A DNA stretch of 64,000 nt from an uncultured Chloroflexia bacterium (GCA_963828165.1 CAWHDR010000001.1:1504001-1568000), one strand, 5' to 3'. Positions 20,197 through 29,771 are shown, counted from the first letter of the stretch. The notes: generated by a model not told the origin, from the sequence alone. A program made the numbers and translations.

Positions 20197-22139
20197 CGGA
20201 TGGTCGGTTCGAGTCCTACGCGGCCCGCCGCGCGCCGGCGCTCCAGGTATTCCGGGATCCGGATCATCGGCGGGCGTTCCTGGTCGCCGACCTCGATCAC
20301 CTCGAGCGACAGGCGGCCCCTGCCCGAGCGAGGCAGCTTCATCGTGGAGCCCATCTCGGCGAACAGCCGCACCTTGCGCCGCTCCTCGAGCCGCTTGATG
20401 ACCGCCTGGAGGATCACGAACGACATCCGCGACAGCCCTTCGAGCTCCTGGTTGCGGTGGACCCGGCGTTCCAGGTCGACCTGCCCGAGGCCCTCGATGC
20501 CGACGCGCTCCGCCGCGTCGATGAGGTGGCCGATCTCGACCGCGTAGCCCGTGAAGAACGGGATCGACTCCAACAGCGAGCGGCGACCGGCGTACTCCCC
20601 GGCAAGCGGCTGGATGAGCCCCGACAGCTCCGGGTAGAAAAGGTTGATCAACGGCCGCGCGACGAGCTCGGTGACGCGGCCGCCGCCGCCTTCCTTGAGC
20701 ACCCCGTCGGTGACGATGGGCCGCTGGTAGTAGCCCTTGACGTACTGCAGGCGGGGCTCGTGAAGCAGCGGCCCGAGCGTCCCGTAGACCATCCGGTGAT
20801 GCCAGTTCTTCACGTCGGTGTCGGCCCAGACGACGATGTCGCCGGTCGTCTCGTACAGCGACTTCCAGAGCGCCTCGCCCTTGCCCTGGAACGAGCCGTA
20901 GCGCGACAGCACGTCGGGGTGCTGCACGACGCGTGCGCCTTCGGCCTCGGCGATCTCGCGGGTCCGGTCGGACGACGCCGAATCGATGACGAGGACCTCG
21001 TCGAGCAGCGGCACCCGCCCGACCATCTCGCGCATCGCGCGCCGGACGATCGGCCCGATGGTCTCCTCCTCATCGAGCGTGGGGAACACCAGCGAGACCG
21101 TGACGCCCTGCTTCTCCTTGAGCTGGACGAGGCGCCGCAGGTCGCCGAACTCGGCGTGATGGAAGTTCGACTCACCGAACCAGCGCTCGACGCGGGCCGG
21201 TACGGCACGCGCCTCCTCGGCTGCCCGGTCCGCGGCGGCCAGCGACTCCGCCTTGGCGGCGAGCGTATCGAACGTCGTACGGCCGATGGCCTCGCGGGTC
21301 TTGACCACCACGACGGTCGGCTTCGCGCGCGCGGCGATGGCCTCGGGAAGTGCCCCGAACAGGTACGAATCCGCGCCGTCGCCGCCCGGGGCGGCCGATG
21401 CGCCCATGACCACGAGGTCGGCCTTCTCCGCCTCGCGCAGGATGGCGTTGCGGACGTTGGGAGCCTCGCGCAGGACGGCCTCGCCCTTGCCCTTGAGGTG
21501 CTGCTTGATGAACGTGGTCAGGGCACGTTCCGCCTGGGCGCGGACCGCCATCGTGATACCGGCCGGCACGAGGTGGAGCACGACGACCGTCGCGCCGTGG
21601 TAGGTCGCGATCGCGTCCGCGAAGCGGATCGCGAGCTCGGCGTGCGGGCCGCCGCGGACGGGCACGAGCACGCGCTTGATCTCGCGCGTGCCACGCTGCT
21701 TGACGACCGCGATGTCGCACGGGGACTCGCGCACGACCTCGTCGATGGTCGGGGAGAAGACGGTCGGACCGCCGTTGCGACCGTCGTGGCCGGCGGGCGC
21801 CTTGCCGCCCCAGCCGAAGATGATGAGGTCGGACTCCTGCTCGGCGGCGGCCTCCGTGATCCCCTCGGCCGCGTGCCGGCCGATGCGGACGATCGGGTGG
21901 ATGGCGGTCCCGGCCGGGGCGTAGTCGAGCACCTTCTGGAGCAGCCGCCGGGCGTGCCGGGCGCGGGTCGCGCCCTCGGACAGGGGCATGCCCTCGGGGA
22001 CTTCCACGATGCCGAGCGCCGACAGCTCGCCGGCCCGCGGGTCGAGCATCGCCGCCCCGAGGCGGATCAGCTCCTCGGCCGTGCCGGGGTTGGCGACGGG
22101 GATGAGGATCCGGGCGGGCAGCGGGGAGCGCGGGCTCAT
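20193..22139 (-). CDS. gpgS: glucosyl-3-phosphoglycerate synthase with two N-terminal universal stress protein (USP) domains
   Basis: USP1 RILIPVANP...DLIIFGW...PCDIAVVK, USP2 RVLVPVRGGPHA...DLVVMGA. GT81 motifs VSLVFPTLDEEETIG, GKGEALWKSL, GGGRVTELVARP, QPLAGEYAGRR, RVHRNQ. Confidence 0.85.
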   Translation of the reverse strand: MSPRSPLPARILIPVANPGTAEELIRLGAAMLDPRAGELSALGIVEVPEGMPLSEGATRARHARRLLQKVLDYAPAGTAIHPIVRIGRHAAEGITEAAAEQESDLIIFGWGGKAPAGHDGRNGGPTVFSPTIDEVVRESPCDIAVVKQRGTREIKRVLVPVRGGPHAELAIRFADAIATYHGATVVVLHLVPAGITMAVRAQAERALTTFIKQHLKGKGEAVLREAPNVRNAILREAEKADLVVMGASAAPGGDGADSYLFGALPEAIAARAKPTVVVVKTREAIGRTTFDTLAAKAESLAAADRAAEEARAVPARVERWFGESNFHHAEFGDLRRLVQLKEKQGVTVSLVFPTLDEEETIGPIVRRAMREMVGRVPLLDEVLVIDSASSDRTREIAEAEGARVVQHPDVLSRYGSFQGKGEALWKSLYETTGDIVVWADTDVKNWHHRMVYGTLGPLLHEPRLQYVKGYYQRPIVTDGVLKEGGGGRVTELVARPLINLFYPELSGLIQPLAGEYAGRRSLLESIPFFTGYAVEIGHLIDAAERVGIEGLGQVDLERRVHRNQELEGLSRMSFVILQAVIKRLEERRKVRLFAEMGSTMKLPRSGRGRLSLEVIEVGDQERPPMIRIPEYLERRRAAGRVGLEPTIR

Positions 22140-23524
22140 CCGACGCCCTCCGCGACCTTCGCGTCGGTCCAGCGCTCCACGAGGTACGGCTTCGTGCGCT
22201 CGAACGTGCGGGCCTGGCGCTCCACGCGATCCTCGGCCTCATCGGTGGTCACGTTGCGATTCTCGATGACGAAACTGCCCACGCGCCCGAAATAGATCGG
22301 CACGAGGGCCGCGACCAGCGTCTCGAGCGGGTGTTTCGGGTTTCGGGCGGTCACGACGAGGTCGTAGATGACCCGTGACCAGACGTCGTCCGGGAACTGG
22401 AACGCGCTCACGGCTTCAGCCATCGCCTCGGTCGTCGCCGTGGCCGACGCCACGTCCTCGCCGATCCCGAGCTTGGTCCGTGCCGCGTCGCCGATGCGTC
22501 CGGCGTCGGCAGCGAGCTCCATGACGGACTCGAGCGTCGCGGGCGCCAGCATCGAGCCCCACAGGTCGGCCAGGGTCATCGATCCCGTGTGGAACTCCGA
22601 CAGCAGCCGGAGCGTGTTCACGTTGAGCGGCGGCGGGTCGATGATCCGCTCGAAGCCGTAGGCGGGGACGTCGTGGCTGCCCTTGATGTCGAGCCAGTGG
22701 CCCTCGTGTTTCACGGCCAGCCGCAGGATCGTGCCGACGACCTGGCGGAACATGGGCCCCAGGTCCGAGCCCGGGTCCTTGGGGTCGTGGATCTTGGCGC
22801 CGAGGCGCGTCTGGCAGACCGCGAACCCGCCGGCCAGCGCGGAGGTCGTCATCCAGATGTCGATGCCGAACTTGCTGACGTCGTCGGTCCAGTCGTCGAG
22901 GGTCAGATAGTGCCGGACGAGATCGCCGCTGACCCCGAAGTCGCCACCGATCGGCTGGCGGATACGGTGCCCGTAGAGCGCCCGGGTCAACGGGTAGGTG
23001 ACGGTGTTCGTGATCGTGCCGTCGTACTTGTAGCGCGCGTAGAGCGGCGCCACGAAGTCGTAGCCGCCCTTGAGGATGGGTCCGGACAGGAGCTCGATCC
23101 ACTCGGGCACGATGCTGCGCAGGTCCGAGTCCACGACGACGAGCGCCTGGACCTTGAGCGCCGCGGCGATCTCGAAGATCGTGCGCAGGGCCGCGCCCTT
23201 GCCACCGACCCCGTCGATCTCGGGGTAGGTCAGGCTGACGCGCGAGAGCTTGTGGCTCGGGCGGACGAGCAGGATCTGCTCGATGTAGTCGGGCGGCTCC
23301 GTATCGATGACGACGCGCCCGGTTCCGTCCGGGGAGCCCGCGTCCGAATTGACGACCACGGGTCGCAGGTCCGGGAAGTACTGGACGAGACCGGCCTGAG
23401 CCGCGCGCACCACGTAACCGATGGTCGCTGCGTTCTTGAAGCTAGGGATGCCGACCATGATGTCGGCTTCACCGAGTCGGGCGATCTGTTCCCGCACGGC
23501 CGGAGTCAGGGCAGTCTCGGGCAT
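22136..23524 (-). CDS. glycosyltransferase, glucosylglycerate/mannosylglycerate synthase-like
   Basis: IMVGIPSFKNAATIGYVV, NSDAGSPDGT, GKGAALR, DSDLRSI, RYKYDGTITN, RIRQPIGGDFG, FGIDIWMT, KIHDPKDP. Confidence 0.75.
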   Translation of the reverse strand: MPETALTPAVREQIARLGEADIMVGIPSFKNAATIGYVVRAAQAGLVQYFPDLRPVVVNSDAGSPDGTGRVVIDTEPPDYIEQILLVRPSHKLSRVSLTYPEIDGVGGKGAALRTIFEIAAALKVQALVVVDSDLRSIVPEWIELLSGPILKGGYDFVAPLYARYKYDGTITNTVTYPLTRALYGHRIRQPIGGDFGVSGDLVRHYLTLDDWTDDVSKFGIDIWMTTSALAGGFAVCQTRLGAKIHDPKDPGSDLGPMFRQVVGTILRLAVKHEGHWLDIKGSHDVPAYGFERIIDPPPLNVNTLRLLSEFHTGSMTLADLWGSMLAPATLESVMELAADAGRIGDAARTKLGIGEDVASATATTEAMAEAVSAFQFPDDVWSRVIYDLVVTARNPKHPLETLVAALVPIYFGRVGSFVIENRNVTTDEAEDRVERQARTFERTKPYLVERWTDAKVAEGVG

Positions 23525-23584
23525 CGACCCCACCGTACCACCCCGCACGGGCGGAACGCCTTGCAGGTGCGCATCGGGGGCGCC

Positions 23585-24283
23585 TCAGCGGCGGGGCATC
23601 GGCGTCGTGATCCAGTCCGGAGCGACCTCGCCCGGTCGGTAGCGGGAGTTCGCGCCCTTGTACGCGAGGCCCCGGAAGCCCATCTCGCGCCACGAGCCGA
23701 TCCACGTTTCGACCGGGGGACGCACGAACATGCTCGCGCGCACCATGGGATCGCCGGGCAGGACCGAGGCGAGGAGCCGCTTGCGTTCGAGCAGCGGGAC
23801 GTCGAGCAGCCACTCCCCGTCGAGCCAGAGCAGGTCGACGGCCACGAGGTTCACCGGCTCGTCGTCGTCGAACTGCTGCGCCGCCCGTTCGGCCTGTTCG
23901 TCCTCGACCTGCTGTGCACGATCGAGGACCCGACCGCCCACGAGCGCCTTGGTGAGCAGCTTGCTGACCGACGGCATCGGCATGATGCCCGGGCGCAGGC
24001 CGGTGTCCTCGCCGCTGATCATCTTGGTGATGTAGGCATCCAGGATCACGCCGGAGGCCGTGGCGGCCACGGCCCCGGTGAGGGCCCGGGTGAGCTCCTC
24101 GTGCCCGACCACCTCGTCGCCGTCCAGCAGCAGGACGGCCGCATCACCCTGGGCGGCGGCGATGACCCGTAACCCGGACCAGACCGGCTCCACAACGGGC
24201 TCCGGGACGCGATCCGTGCGCCCGGCACCGTACTCCTGGAGGCGCAACTCTCGTGCCAGCTGGATGGCGTCGTCGTCGTCCAT
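23585..24283 (-). CDS. ATP-dependent DNA ligase adenylation-domain-like protein lacking catalytic residues
   Basis: EPVWSGLRV (canonical EPKxDGxR), AVDLLWLDGEWLLDVPLLERKRLL, RGLAYKGANSRYRPG...DWI. Start at 24283 follows TACGAT-N7. Confidence 0.7.
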   Translation of the reverse strand: MDDDDAIQLARELRLQEYGAGRTDRVPEPVVEPVWSGLRVIAAAQGDAAVLLLDGDEVVGHEELTRALTGAVAATASGVILDAYITKMISGEDTGLRPGIMPMPSVSKLLTKALVGGRVLDRAQQVEDEQAERAAQQFDDDEPVNLVAVDLLWLDGEWLLDVPLLERKRLLASVLPGDPMVRASMFVRPPVETWIGSWREMGFRGLAYKGANSRYRPGEVAPDWITTPMPRR

Positions 24284-24512
24284 CTGCGGCATCGTAGCCC
24301 TCCCGGTGACGCGTATCATCGGCCGGTGGCCACTGCCGCCCCCGTCCCGGGTCTTCCCGGCGTGCGGCTGTCGCTGCCGGACAAGGTGTCGGGGTGTTGC
24401 TGATCCGAGGTGTGCCCGAACCGCCGGATCGGATCCCGACCGTGCCCGTGGTCCCGCCGCTCGCCCCACCGGTTCGCCTCGCGCCGGCGGTGGCCCCGAT
24501 CTCGCCCGGGAA

Positions 24513-25511
24513 TCAGTCGGAGTAACCGCCCTGATGTGCCTGGCGCCAGGCCCAGGCCGAGCCGACGATCTCATCGAGGCTGGGCCGGTGCGGCCGCCAC
24601 CCCAGGATCTCCGCGGCCCGCGCCGCCGAGGCGACGAGCACCGGCGGGTCGCCCGTCCGTCGCGGCCCGATCTCGTGCGGGATCGAGTGGCCGACGACGC
24701 GCTCGGCGGCGGCGAGCACCTCGAGGTTGCTGAACCCACCACCGTTACCCAGATTGCAGATCACGGCGCCACGGGCCGTGCGCTCGTCGTCGCGGGCCGT
24801 GGCTTCGATCGCCCGCAGGTGCGCATCCGCGAGGTCAGCCACGTGGATGTAGTCGCGGACGCAGGTGCCATCGGGCGTCGGGTAATCGCCACCGAACAAC
24901 GTCACGGGTTGGCCAGCCTCGATCGCGCCGAAGATGGCCGGGATGAGGTGCGTCTCGGGGTCGTGGTCCTCGCCCAGCGCTTCCGTCGCGCCGGCGACAT
25001 TGAAATAGCGGAGCGTGACGCTGCGCGTGCCGTAGGCCCGGGCGTACCAGAGGAGGGCACCCTCGAACGCGCGCTTCGTCTCGCCGTACGGGTTGATCGG
25101 CCGGAGCGGGGCGTCCTCCGTGATGGGCGTGGCGTCGGGCACGCCGTAGACGGCCGCGGTGGACGAGAAGACGACGCGATCGACACCGACCTCGCGTGCC
25201 GCCTCGAGCAGCGTGATGCCGCCGGCGACGTTGTCGCGGAAGTAGCGGGCTGGGTCTTCGATCGACTCACCGACCAGCGAGCGCGCCGCACAATGGAGGA
25301 TCGCCTCGACGTTCTCGGCGGCGAGGAGGCGGGTCACCGTGGCGCTGTCGCCGTAGCTTCCGACGTGCAGTTGTGCCCCCTGCGGGACGGCGGAACGATG
25401 CCCGGTCGTGAGGTCGTCGAGGACGACCACTTCGTGGCCCGCCGCGATGAACGCCTCCGCCGAAACCGAGCCGACATACCCGGCGCCGCCGGTCACGAGA
25501 ACCTTCGTCAT
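24513..25511 (-). CDS. galE: UDP-glucose 4-epimerase
   Basis: VLVTGGAGYVGS, FSSTAAVYG, NPYGETK, LRYFNVAGA, PETHLIP, TPDGTCVRDYIHV. Confidence 0.95.
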   Translation of the reverse strand: MTKVLVTGGAGYVGSVSAEAFIAAGHEVVVLDDLTTGHRSAVPQGAQLHVGSYGDSATVTRLLAAENVEAILHCAARSLVGESIEDPARYFRDNVAGGITLLEAAREVGVDRVVFSSTAAVYGVPDATPITEDAPLRPINPYGETKRAFEGALLWYARAYGTRSVTLRYFNVAGATEALGEDHDPETHLIPAIFGAIEAGQPVTLFGGDYPTPDGTCVRDYIHVADLADAHLRAIEATARDDERTARGAVICNLGNGGGFSNLEVLAAAERVVGHSIPHEIGPRRTGDPPVLVASAARAAEILGWRPHRPSLDEIVGSAWAWRQAHQGGYSD

Positions 25512-25544
25512 ACCCCGAACGATACGGGCGGACGCCGAACGGCG

Positions 25545-25934
25545 TCAGCGACGGCGTAGTCGATCGACGATCGAGCGGCGCCGGCGGACCTTGGGGGCAG
25601 GCTCGCGAGCCCCGGCCGGCGGAGCCGATGGAGCGGCCGGCGGGACAGGCTCGACGGGTGGCTCGGGAACGGTCTCGCCACGCGTGCGCATGACCTCGTC
25701 GAGGCGCGTGACGAGCCGCTGGGCCGCCTCGTTCTCCGGGTCGATGGTGAGGGCCTTGCGTGCGAGCAGGTAGGCACCGGCGTCATCCGCGTGCTCGAGC
25801 GCGACGCGCGCGAGACCGACCACGGCGATCGAATTTGCTGGATCGCTGGCGGCCACCTGCCGGTAAAGCCGTTCGGCCTCGTCGACGCGCCCGAACGACA
25901 GGGCCCGCTCGGCTTCGAGGAGCAGCTCGATCAT
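25545..25934 (-). CDS. TPR-repeat protein
   Basis: GRVDEAERLYRQVAASDPAN...ARKALTIDPENEAA. Confidence 0.75.
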   Translation of the reverse strand: MIELLLEAERALSFGRVDEAERLYRQVAASDPANSIAVVGLARVALEHADDAGAYLLARKALTIDPENEAAQRLVTRLDEVMRTRGETVPEPPVEPVPPAAPSAPPAGAREPAPKVRRRRSIVDRLRRR

Positions 25935-27301
25935 CCCGCCGGCTCCGAGCTGAGTCGCCGGCGTGCGAGGTCGAGCAGGCCGTCACGCGTGTTGACCGAC
26001 GGGTCGGCGATGACCCGCTCCAGGAGCCAATCCAGGAGGCGCCCAAGGCCGGGCCCCGGCGCGATGCCCAGCTCCGCCATCAGGTCCGAGCCGTCGATCG
26101 CGAGTCCGCTGAGGTCGAGTGCCACGCCCGCGGCGAGCTCCTTGGCGACGCGCGCGCGGAGCTCGTCCAGCCCACCGGCGTCAGGCGCCCGCCCGGATCC
26201 GATGTGGTCCGCCTCACGCAGCAGGAAGAGGTCCTCCAGCTCGTCGCGACCGATCTTCACGATGAACCGGCGGACGGCGGCATCCGACCAGCTCGGCTGA
26301 TACCCGAACATGTGATGGCGGATGAGGCGCACGATCCTCTGGCGCTCCGCCACGGGCCAGCGCCAGTCGTCGAGGAGCTTGTCGGCCAGCTCCGCGCCGA
26401 CCGACTCGTGGCCCAGGAACCGGCCGTCGGCCATCGTCAAGGGCTTGCCGATGTCGTGAAGCAGGGCCGCGAACCGGATCCACGTCGGCTCCCTCGCCGC
26501 CCCGTCGACCGCGCGGAGCGTGTGATCCCAGAGGTCCTCGCCGGGGACCTTGTTCTGCGGGATGCCGGGCTGCGCGGCGAGATCCGGGGAGATGGCGAAG
26601 AGCAGCCCGGTCTCGGCCATCAGCCGAAGGCCGACCGACGGACGCTGCGCGGACAGCAGCCGCCGCATCTCGATCGCGATCCGCTCGCCGGACAGGCGGC
26701 GCACGTTGTCGGCCTTCGCGCGGATCGCGGCCAGCGTCGCCGGCTCAACGTCGAATTCGAGCGTGGCCGCCAGCCGGACGGCGCGGACCATGCGCAACGC
26801 GTCCTCGTGGAAGCGCTGCGCCGGGTCGCCGACGGTCCGCAGGGTGCGAGCCGCAAGGTCGGCCTGGCCGCCGTGCGGATCGACGAGTCGTGGCGGTTCG
26901 CCGGGCTCGGCGCCCCAGGCCATCGCGTTGACCGTGAAATCGCGGCGGGCCAGATCCAGATGGATGGACTCGCTGAACTCGACCCGATGCGGCCGACGGA
27001 AGTCGGCGTAGTCGTGGTCGGAGCGGAACGTCGTGATCGCGACCTCACCGACCTCCGGAGAATCGGTCCGGACCGCGACCGTTCCGAACTTGTTCTCATA
27101 AACGGCGTTGGGAAACAGCTCGAGCGTGCGTTCTGGTAGCGCGGCGGTGGCGAGGTCCCAGTCCTCCGGCGGCCGGCCCAGGAGGCTGTCGCGGACGGAC
27201 CCTCCCACCACGTACGCTGCGTGCCCACCGGCCCAGAGCGTGCGCAGCAGGTCGGAGACGCCCTCCGGGATCGCGCGTTGGAGGTCGATCTTGGTCGACA
27301 C
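25931..27301 (-). CDS. cca: CCA-adding tRNA nucleotidyltransferase/poly(A) polymerase family with HD domain
   Basis: AYVVGGSVRD, DWDLAT, DLARRDFTVNAMA, RFHEDALRMVRAVR, LLHDIGKP. Start is uncertain (27301 or 27352). Confidence 0.88.
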   Translation of the reverse strand: MSTKIDLQRAIPEGVSDLLRTLWAGGHAAYVVGGSVRDSLLGRPPEDWDLATAALPERTLELFPNAVYENKFGTVAVRTDSPEVGEVAITTFRSDHDYADFRRPHRVEFSESIHLDLARRDFTVNAMAWGAEPGEPPRLVDPHGGQADLAARTLRTVGDPAQRFHEDALRMVRAVRLAATLEFDVEPATLAAIRAKADNVRRLSGERIAIEMRRLLSAQRPSVGLRLMAETGLLFAISPDLAAQPGIPQNKVPGEDLWDHTLRAVDGAAREPTWIRFAALLHDIGKPLTMADGRFLGHESVGAELADKLLDDWRWPVAERQRIVRLIRHHMFGYQPSWSDAAVRRFIVKIGRDELEDLFLLREADHIGSGRAPDAGGLDELRARVAKELAAGVALDLSGLAIDGSDLMAELGIAPGPGLGRLLDWLLERVIADPSVNTRDGLLDLARRRLSSEPAG

Positions 27302-27318
27302 GTCGCCCGCTCGGGGCG

Positions 27319-27834
27319 TCAGTTCCGCCCGAGGAACAGGTACGTCCGCCACGCGTCGTTACGCTCGTCCACGAGATACGGCGTGAACAGCGAGTAGATG
27401 TCGCTGCGCGGCTCGTGCGGCTCTCGCTTGAGTCGAAGCCGCGCCTCGTCCAGCGTCTTGCCGCCCTTCCGGTGGTTGCAGGGCTTGCAGGCGGTGACGA
27501 GGTTCTCCCAGCTGTGGGCTCCGCCACGGTGGCGCGGCATCACATGGTCGAGCGTGAGGTCGTGGGTCTGGCGGCCGCAGTACTGGCACGTGTGCCGGTC
27601 GCGCGCGAAGACCTCGCGACGGCTGAGCTTCACCCGCGGCCGCGGCCGGCGGATGAAGTGCTGGAGGCGGATCACGGAGGGCGCGCGGAACTCCGTCCGC
27701 GGCGTCCGAATCATCTGGTGGTCGTACTCGATCACCTCGGCCTTCTCACCGAACAGCAGTCGGAAGGCCCTTGGCAGATTGCAGACGTTGAGCGGCTCGT
27801 AGTTCTGGTTCAGAACGAGAACGACGCCGTCCAT
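27319..27834 (-). CDS. HNH endonuclease (McrA-like)
   Basis: VLVLNQNYEPL, RDRHTCQYCG, LTLDHVMPR, WENLVTACKPCNHRKG. Confidence 0.92.
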   Translation of the reverse strand: MDGVVLVLNQNYEPLNVCNLPRAFRLLFGEKAEVIEYDHQMIRTPRTEFRAPSVIRLQHFIRRPRPRVKLSRREVFARDRHTCQYCGRQTHDLTLDHVMPRHRGGAHSWENLVTACKPCNHRKGGKTLDEARLRLKREPHEPRSDIYSLFTPYLVDERNDAWRTYLFLGRN

Positions 27835-27892
27835 GGTGGGCGGAGGATAACAAGTTCACCGCAGCGTGCCGCGAACGTGCGCTTCGAGCGGC

Positions 27893-28357
27893 TCAGGAGC
27901 CGGTGACTCGCCACACGTCGTACTCCGCGGCCTGGCACGCCGCTCCGCCCGTTGGGGTGCCATCCGTCGACCGCTTCGGCCCGCAGGTCAGGGCGATCGT
28001 TCGTCGTGTGCCATCCGCCAGGTCCAAGATCACGAACCTGGGTTCTTGGAGGCCACCGACGGCGAACGTGACCTCGTTGGGCCCGTTGCCGCGCATGGTC
28101 GGATAGCCCGCGGTGACCGCTCCGGTGATCGTGGCTCCAGGGTCCGTGGCGTGGAGGATCGCGGTGGCCGCCTCGATGGCGGCCCTGCACACCTCATCAC
28201 TCAGCGGCTCGCATGGATGCTCGTGAGTCACCCAGTAGCCGTCGACCGCATGCGCGCCCTCGTCCCACCAGCCGTCGGCATTCGGCCGCGCACAGGACAT
28301 GACGATCGCCATCGTCGCGAGTACTCCCATGGCTCGAACCGGAACGCTCCATGTCAT
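27893..28357 (-). CDS. hypothetical putative lipoprotein
   Basis: Hydrophobic N-terminus ending IVMSC. TAGCCT-N6-ATG upstream. Confidence 0.55.
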   Translation of the reverse strand: MTWSVPVRAMGVLATMAIVMSCARPNADGWWDEGAHAVDGYWVTHEHPCEPLSDEVCRAAIEAATAILHATDPGATITGAVTAGYPTMRGNGPNEVTFAVGGLQEPRFVILDLADGTRRTIALTCGPKRSTDGTPTGGAACQAAEYDVWRVTGS

Positions 28358-28432
28358 GGGGAGAGGCTACGCGCCGCGACCCGCGGCGCGCCCCGTCTGA
28401 TGGTCCCAGCCGCCGGCCATGCCACGGGTCCG

Positions 28433-28583
28433 ATTCACCACCGGTGAATGAAGGTCTGCGAAGCGAGGTCGTGGCCGGGGTTGCGGGCGTGGTGTTCACT
28501 GCCGGTGAATGCCTCAGCGCAACTGGGGCCCCTACATACACTCATCGCCGGCCTGACCGCGCAATCATTCAGCGTCAGTGAAT
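28433..28583. repeat. three 17-bp palindromes (A/G)TTCA(C/G)-N5-GTGAAT
   Basis: ATTCACCACCGGTGAAT 28433-28449, GTTCACTGCCGGTGAAT 28494-28510, ATTCAGCGTCAGTGAAT 28567-28583. Confidence 0.65.
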
Positions 28584-28598
28584 CGACGTAGGTCGCCG

Positions 28599-29543
28599 TT
28601 ACGTGCTCCGCCCAGTCGCGGCACCTGTCGCAGGGTCCCAGCCGCCGGCTTGGCCGACCTTGCTGCTGAGCGGCTTGCCGAGTCTGTCCGCGATGAACCG
28701 GGCCGCCTCGAGGACGCCGTCCAGGGAGACGCCATGCGTCCATCCCGAGGCGTCGAGGAAGTACACGAGGTCCTCGGTCGCGAGGTTGCCGGCGGCACCC
28801 GGGGCATACGGGCAGCCGCCGGTCCCGCCCGTGGCGCTGTCGAACGTCCGAACCCCTGCGGCCAGACCCGCAGCGACGTTGGCCAGCGCCGTGCCTCGCG
28901 TGTCGTGGAAGTGGAAGGCCTGCCGGCTGACACGGATGCCCGCCCCCTGGGCAAGATTCACGAGCTCGCCGACCTGGTTCGGCACCCCGACACCGATCGT
29001 GTCCCCGAAGCAGATCTCATCGACGCCGAGGTCGAGCAGCCTGCGCGCGACGTCTACCGCGGTCTGCGGCTTCACGCGCCCCGTGTACGGGCATCCGAAC
29101 GCGGTCGACACGTATGCGCGCCGCCACCATCCGAGCTCGCGGGCGCGGGCCAGGACCGGCGCGAAGGCCGCGAGGGACTCGTCGACCGTCATCCCGATGT
29201 TCTTCTCCGTGAACGCATCGGTCGCGGCGGTGAAGACGGCGATCGCCTCGACCCCGGCGGCCTCCGCGCGGGCCAGACCGCGCTCGTTCGGCACCAGGAC
29301 CGGGTAGCGAACGCTTTCGCTGCGCGGCAGAGCGGCCAGGAGCTCGTCCGCGTCCGCGAGCTGCGGGATGGCCTTCGGGGAGACGAACGACGTGACCTCG
29401 ATATCGCGCAAGCCGGCGTCGACCAGGAGCTCGATGAAGCGGAGCTTGTCTGCGGTCGAGATCGGCGTGGGCTCGTTCTGCAGGCCGTCGCGTGGCCCGA
29501 CCTCGTAGATCCGGACGCGTCGGTCGTCGGACCGCTCCGTCAT
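28599..29543 (-). CDS. hydroxymethylglutaryl-CoA lyase
   Basis: IYEVGPRDGLQNE, GDTIGVG, HFHDTRG, GGCPYAPGAAGNLATED. Confidence 0.95.
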   Translation of the reverse strand: MTERSDDRRVRIYEVGPRDGLQNEPTPISTADKLRFIELLVDAGLRDIEVTSFVSPKAIPQLADADELLAALPRSESVRYPVLVPNERGLARAEAAGVEAIAVFTAATDAFTEKNIGMTVDESLAAFAPVLARARELGWWRRAYVSTAFGCPYTGRVKPQTAVDVARRLLDLGVDEICFGDTIGVGVPNQVGELVNLAQGAGIRVSRQAFHFHDTRGTALANVAAGLAAGVRTFDSATGGTGGCPYAPGAAGNLATEDLVYFLDASGWTHGVSLDGVLEAARFIADRLGKPLSSKVGQAGGWDPATGAATGRST

Positions 29544-29567
29544 CGCGCGAAGGTCATCGACGAACGA

Positions 29568-29771
29568 TCAGCCGAGCGGCGGGTCCATCGCCCGCTCGAT
29601 GCGGGCGATCTCGACCTCGATCTTGCCGAGCAGGTCGATCGCCTCGACGTGCTCCGGGCTGCCGTGCTTCGCCGTGTTCCGCCGTTTGCGCGTGTCGCGG
29701 TGGAGGTCGAGCAGCGACTCGCGCGTCCTCGGCAGCTTCGTCTCGGTCGTCGGTGCCTTTGCTTTCTCCAT
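29568..29771 (-). CDS. small helical hypothetical protein
   Basis: 67-aa ORF co-oriented with neighbours. TACGCT-N6-ATG upstream. Confidence 0.6.
   Translation of the reverse strand: MEKAKAPTTETKLPRTRESLLDLHRDTRKRRNTAKHGSPEHVEAIDLLGKIEVEIARIERAMDPPLG

Noticed and set aside
20200-20222. GGTTCGAGTCC resembling a tRNA T-arm (similar GGTTCGAACC near 34944)
   Set aside because: No cloverleaf or acceptor stem, and the first lies inside the gpgS coding end.
20178-22295. Long + strand ORFs opposite real genes (also 28578..31175, 36903..38870, 52809..54500, 61475..63001)
   Set aside because: Antisense shadows of well-supported minus-strand genes, with no family motifs.
27319-27834. HNH nuclease as a defence or mobile-element marker
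   Set aside because: It is a common housekeeping-context HNH upstream of cca, with no methylase, cas, integrase or compositional shift nearby.
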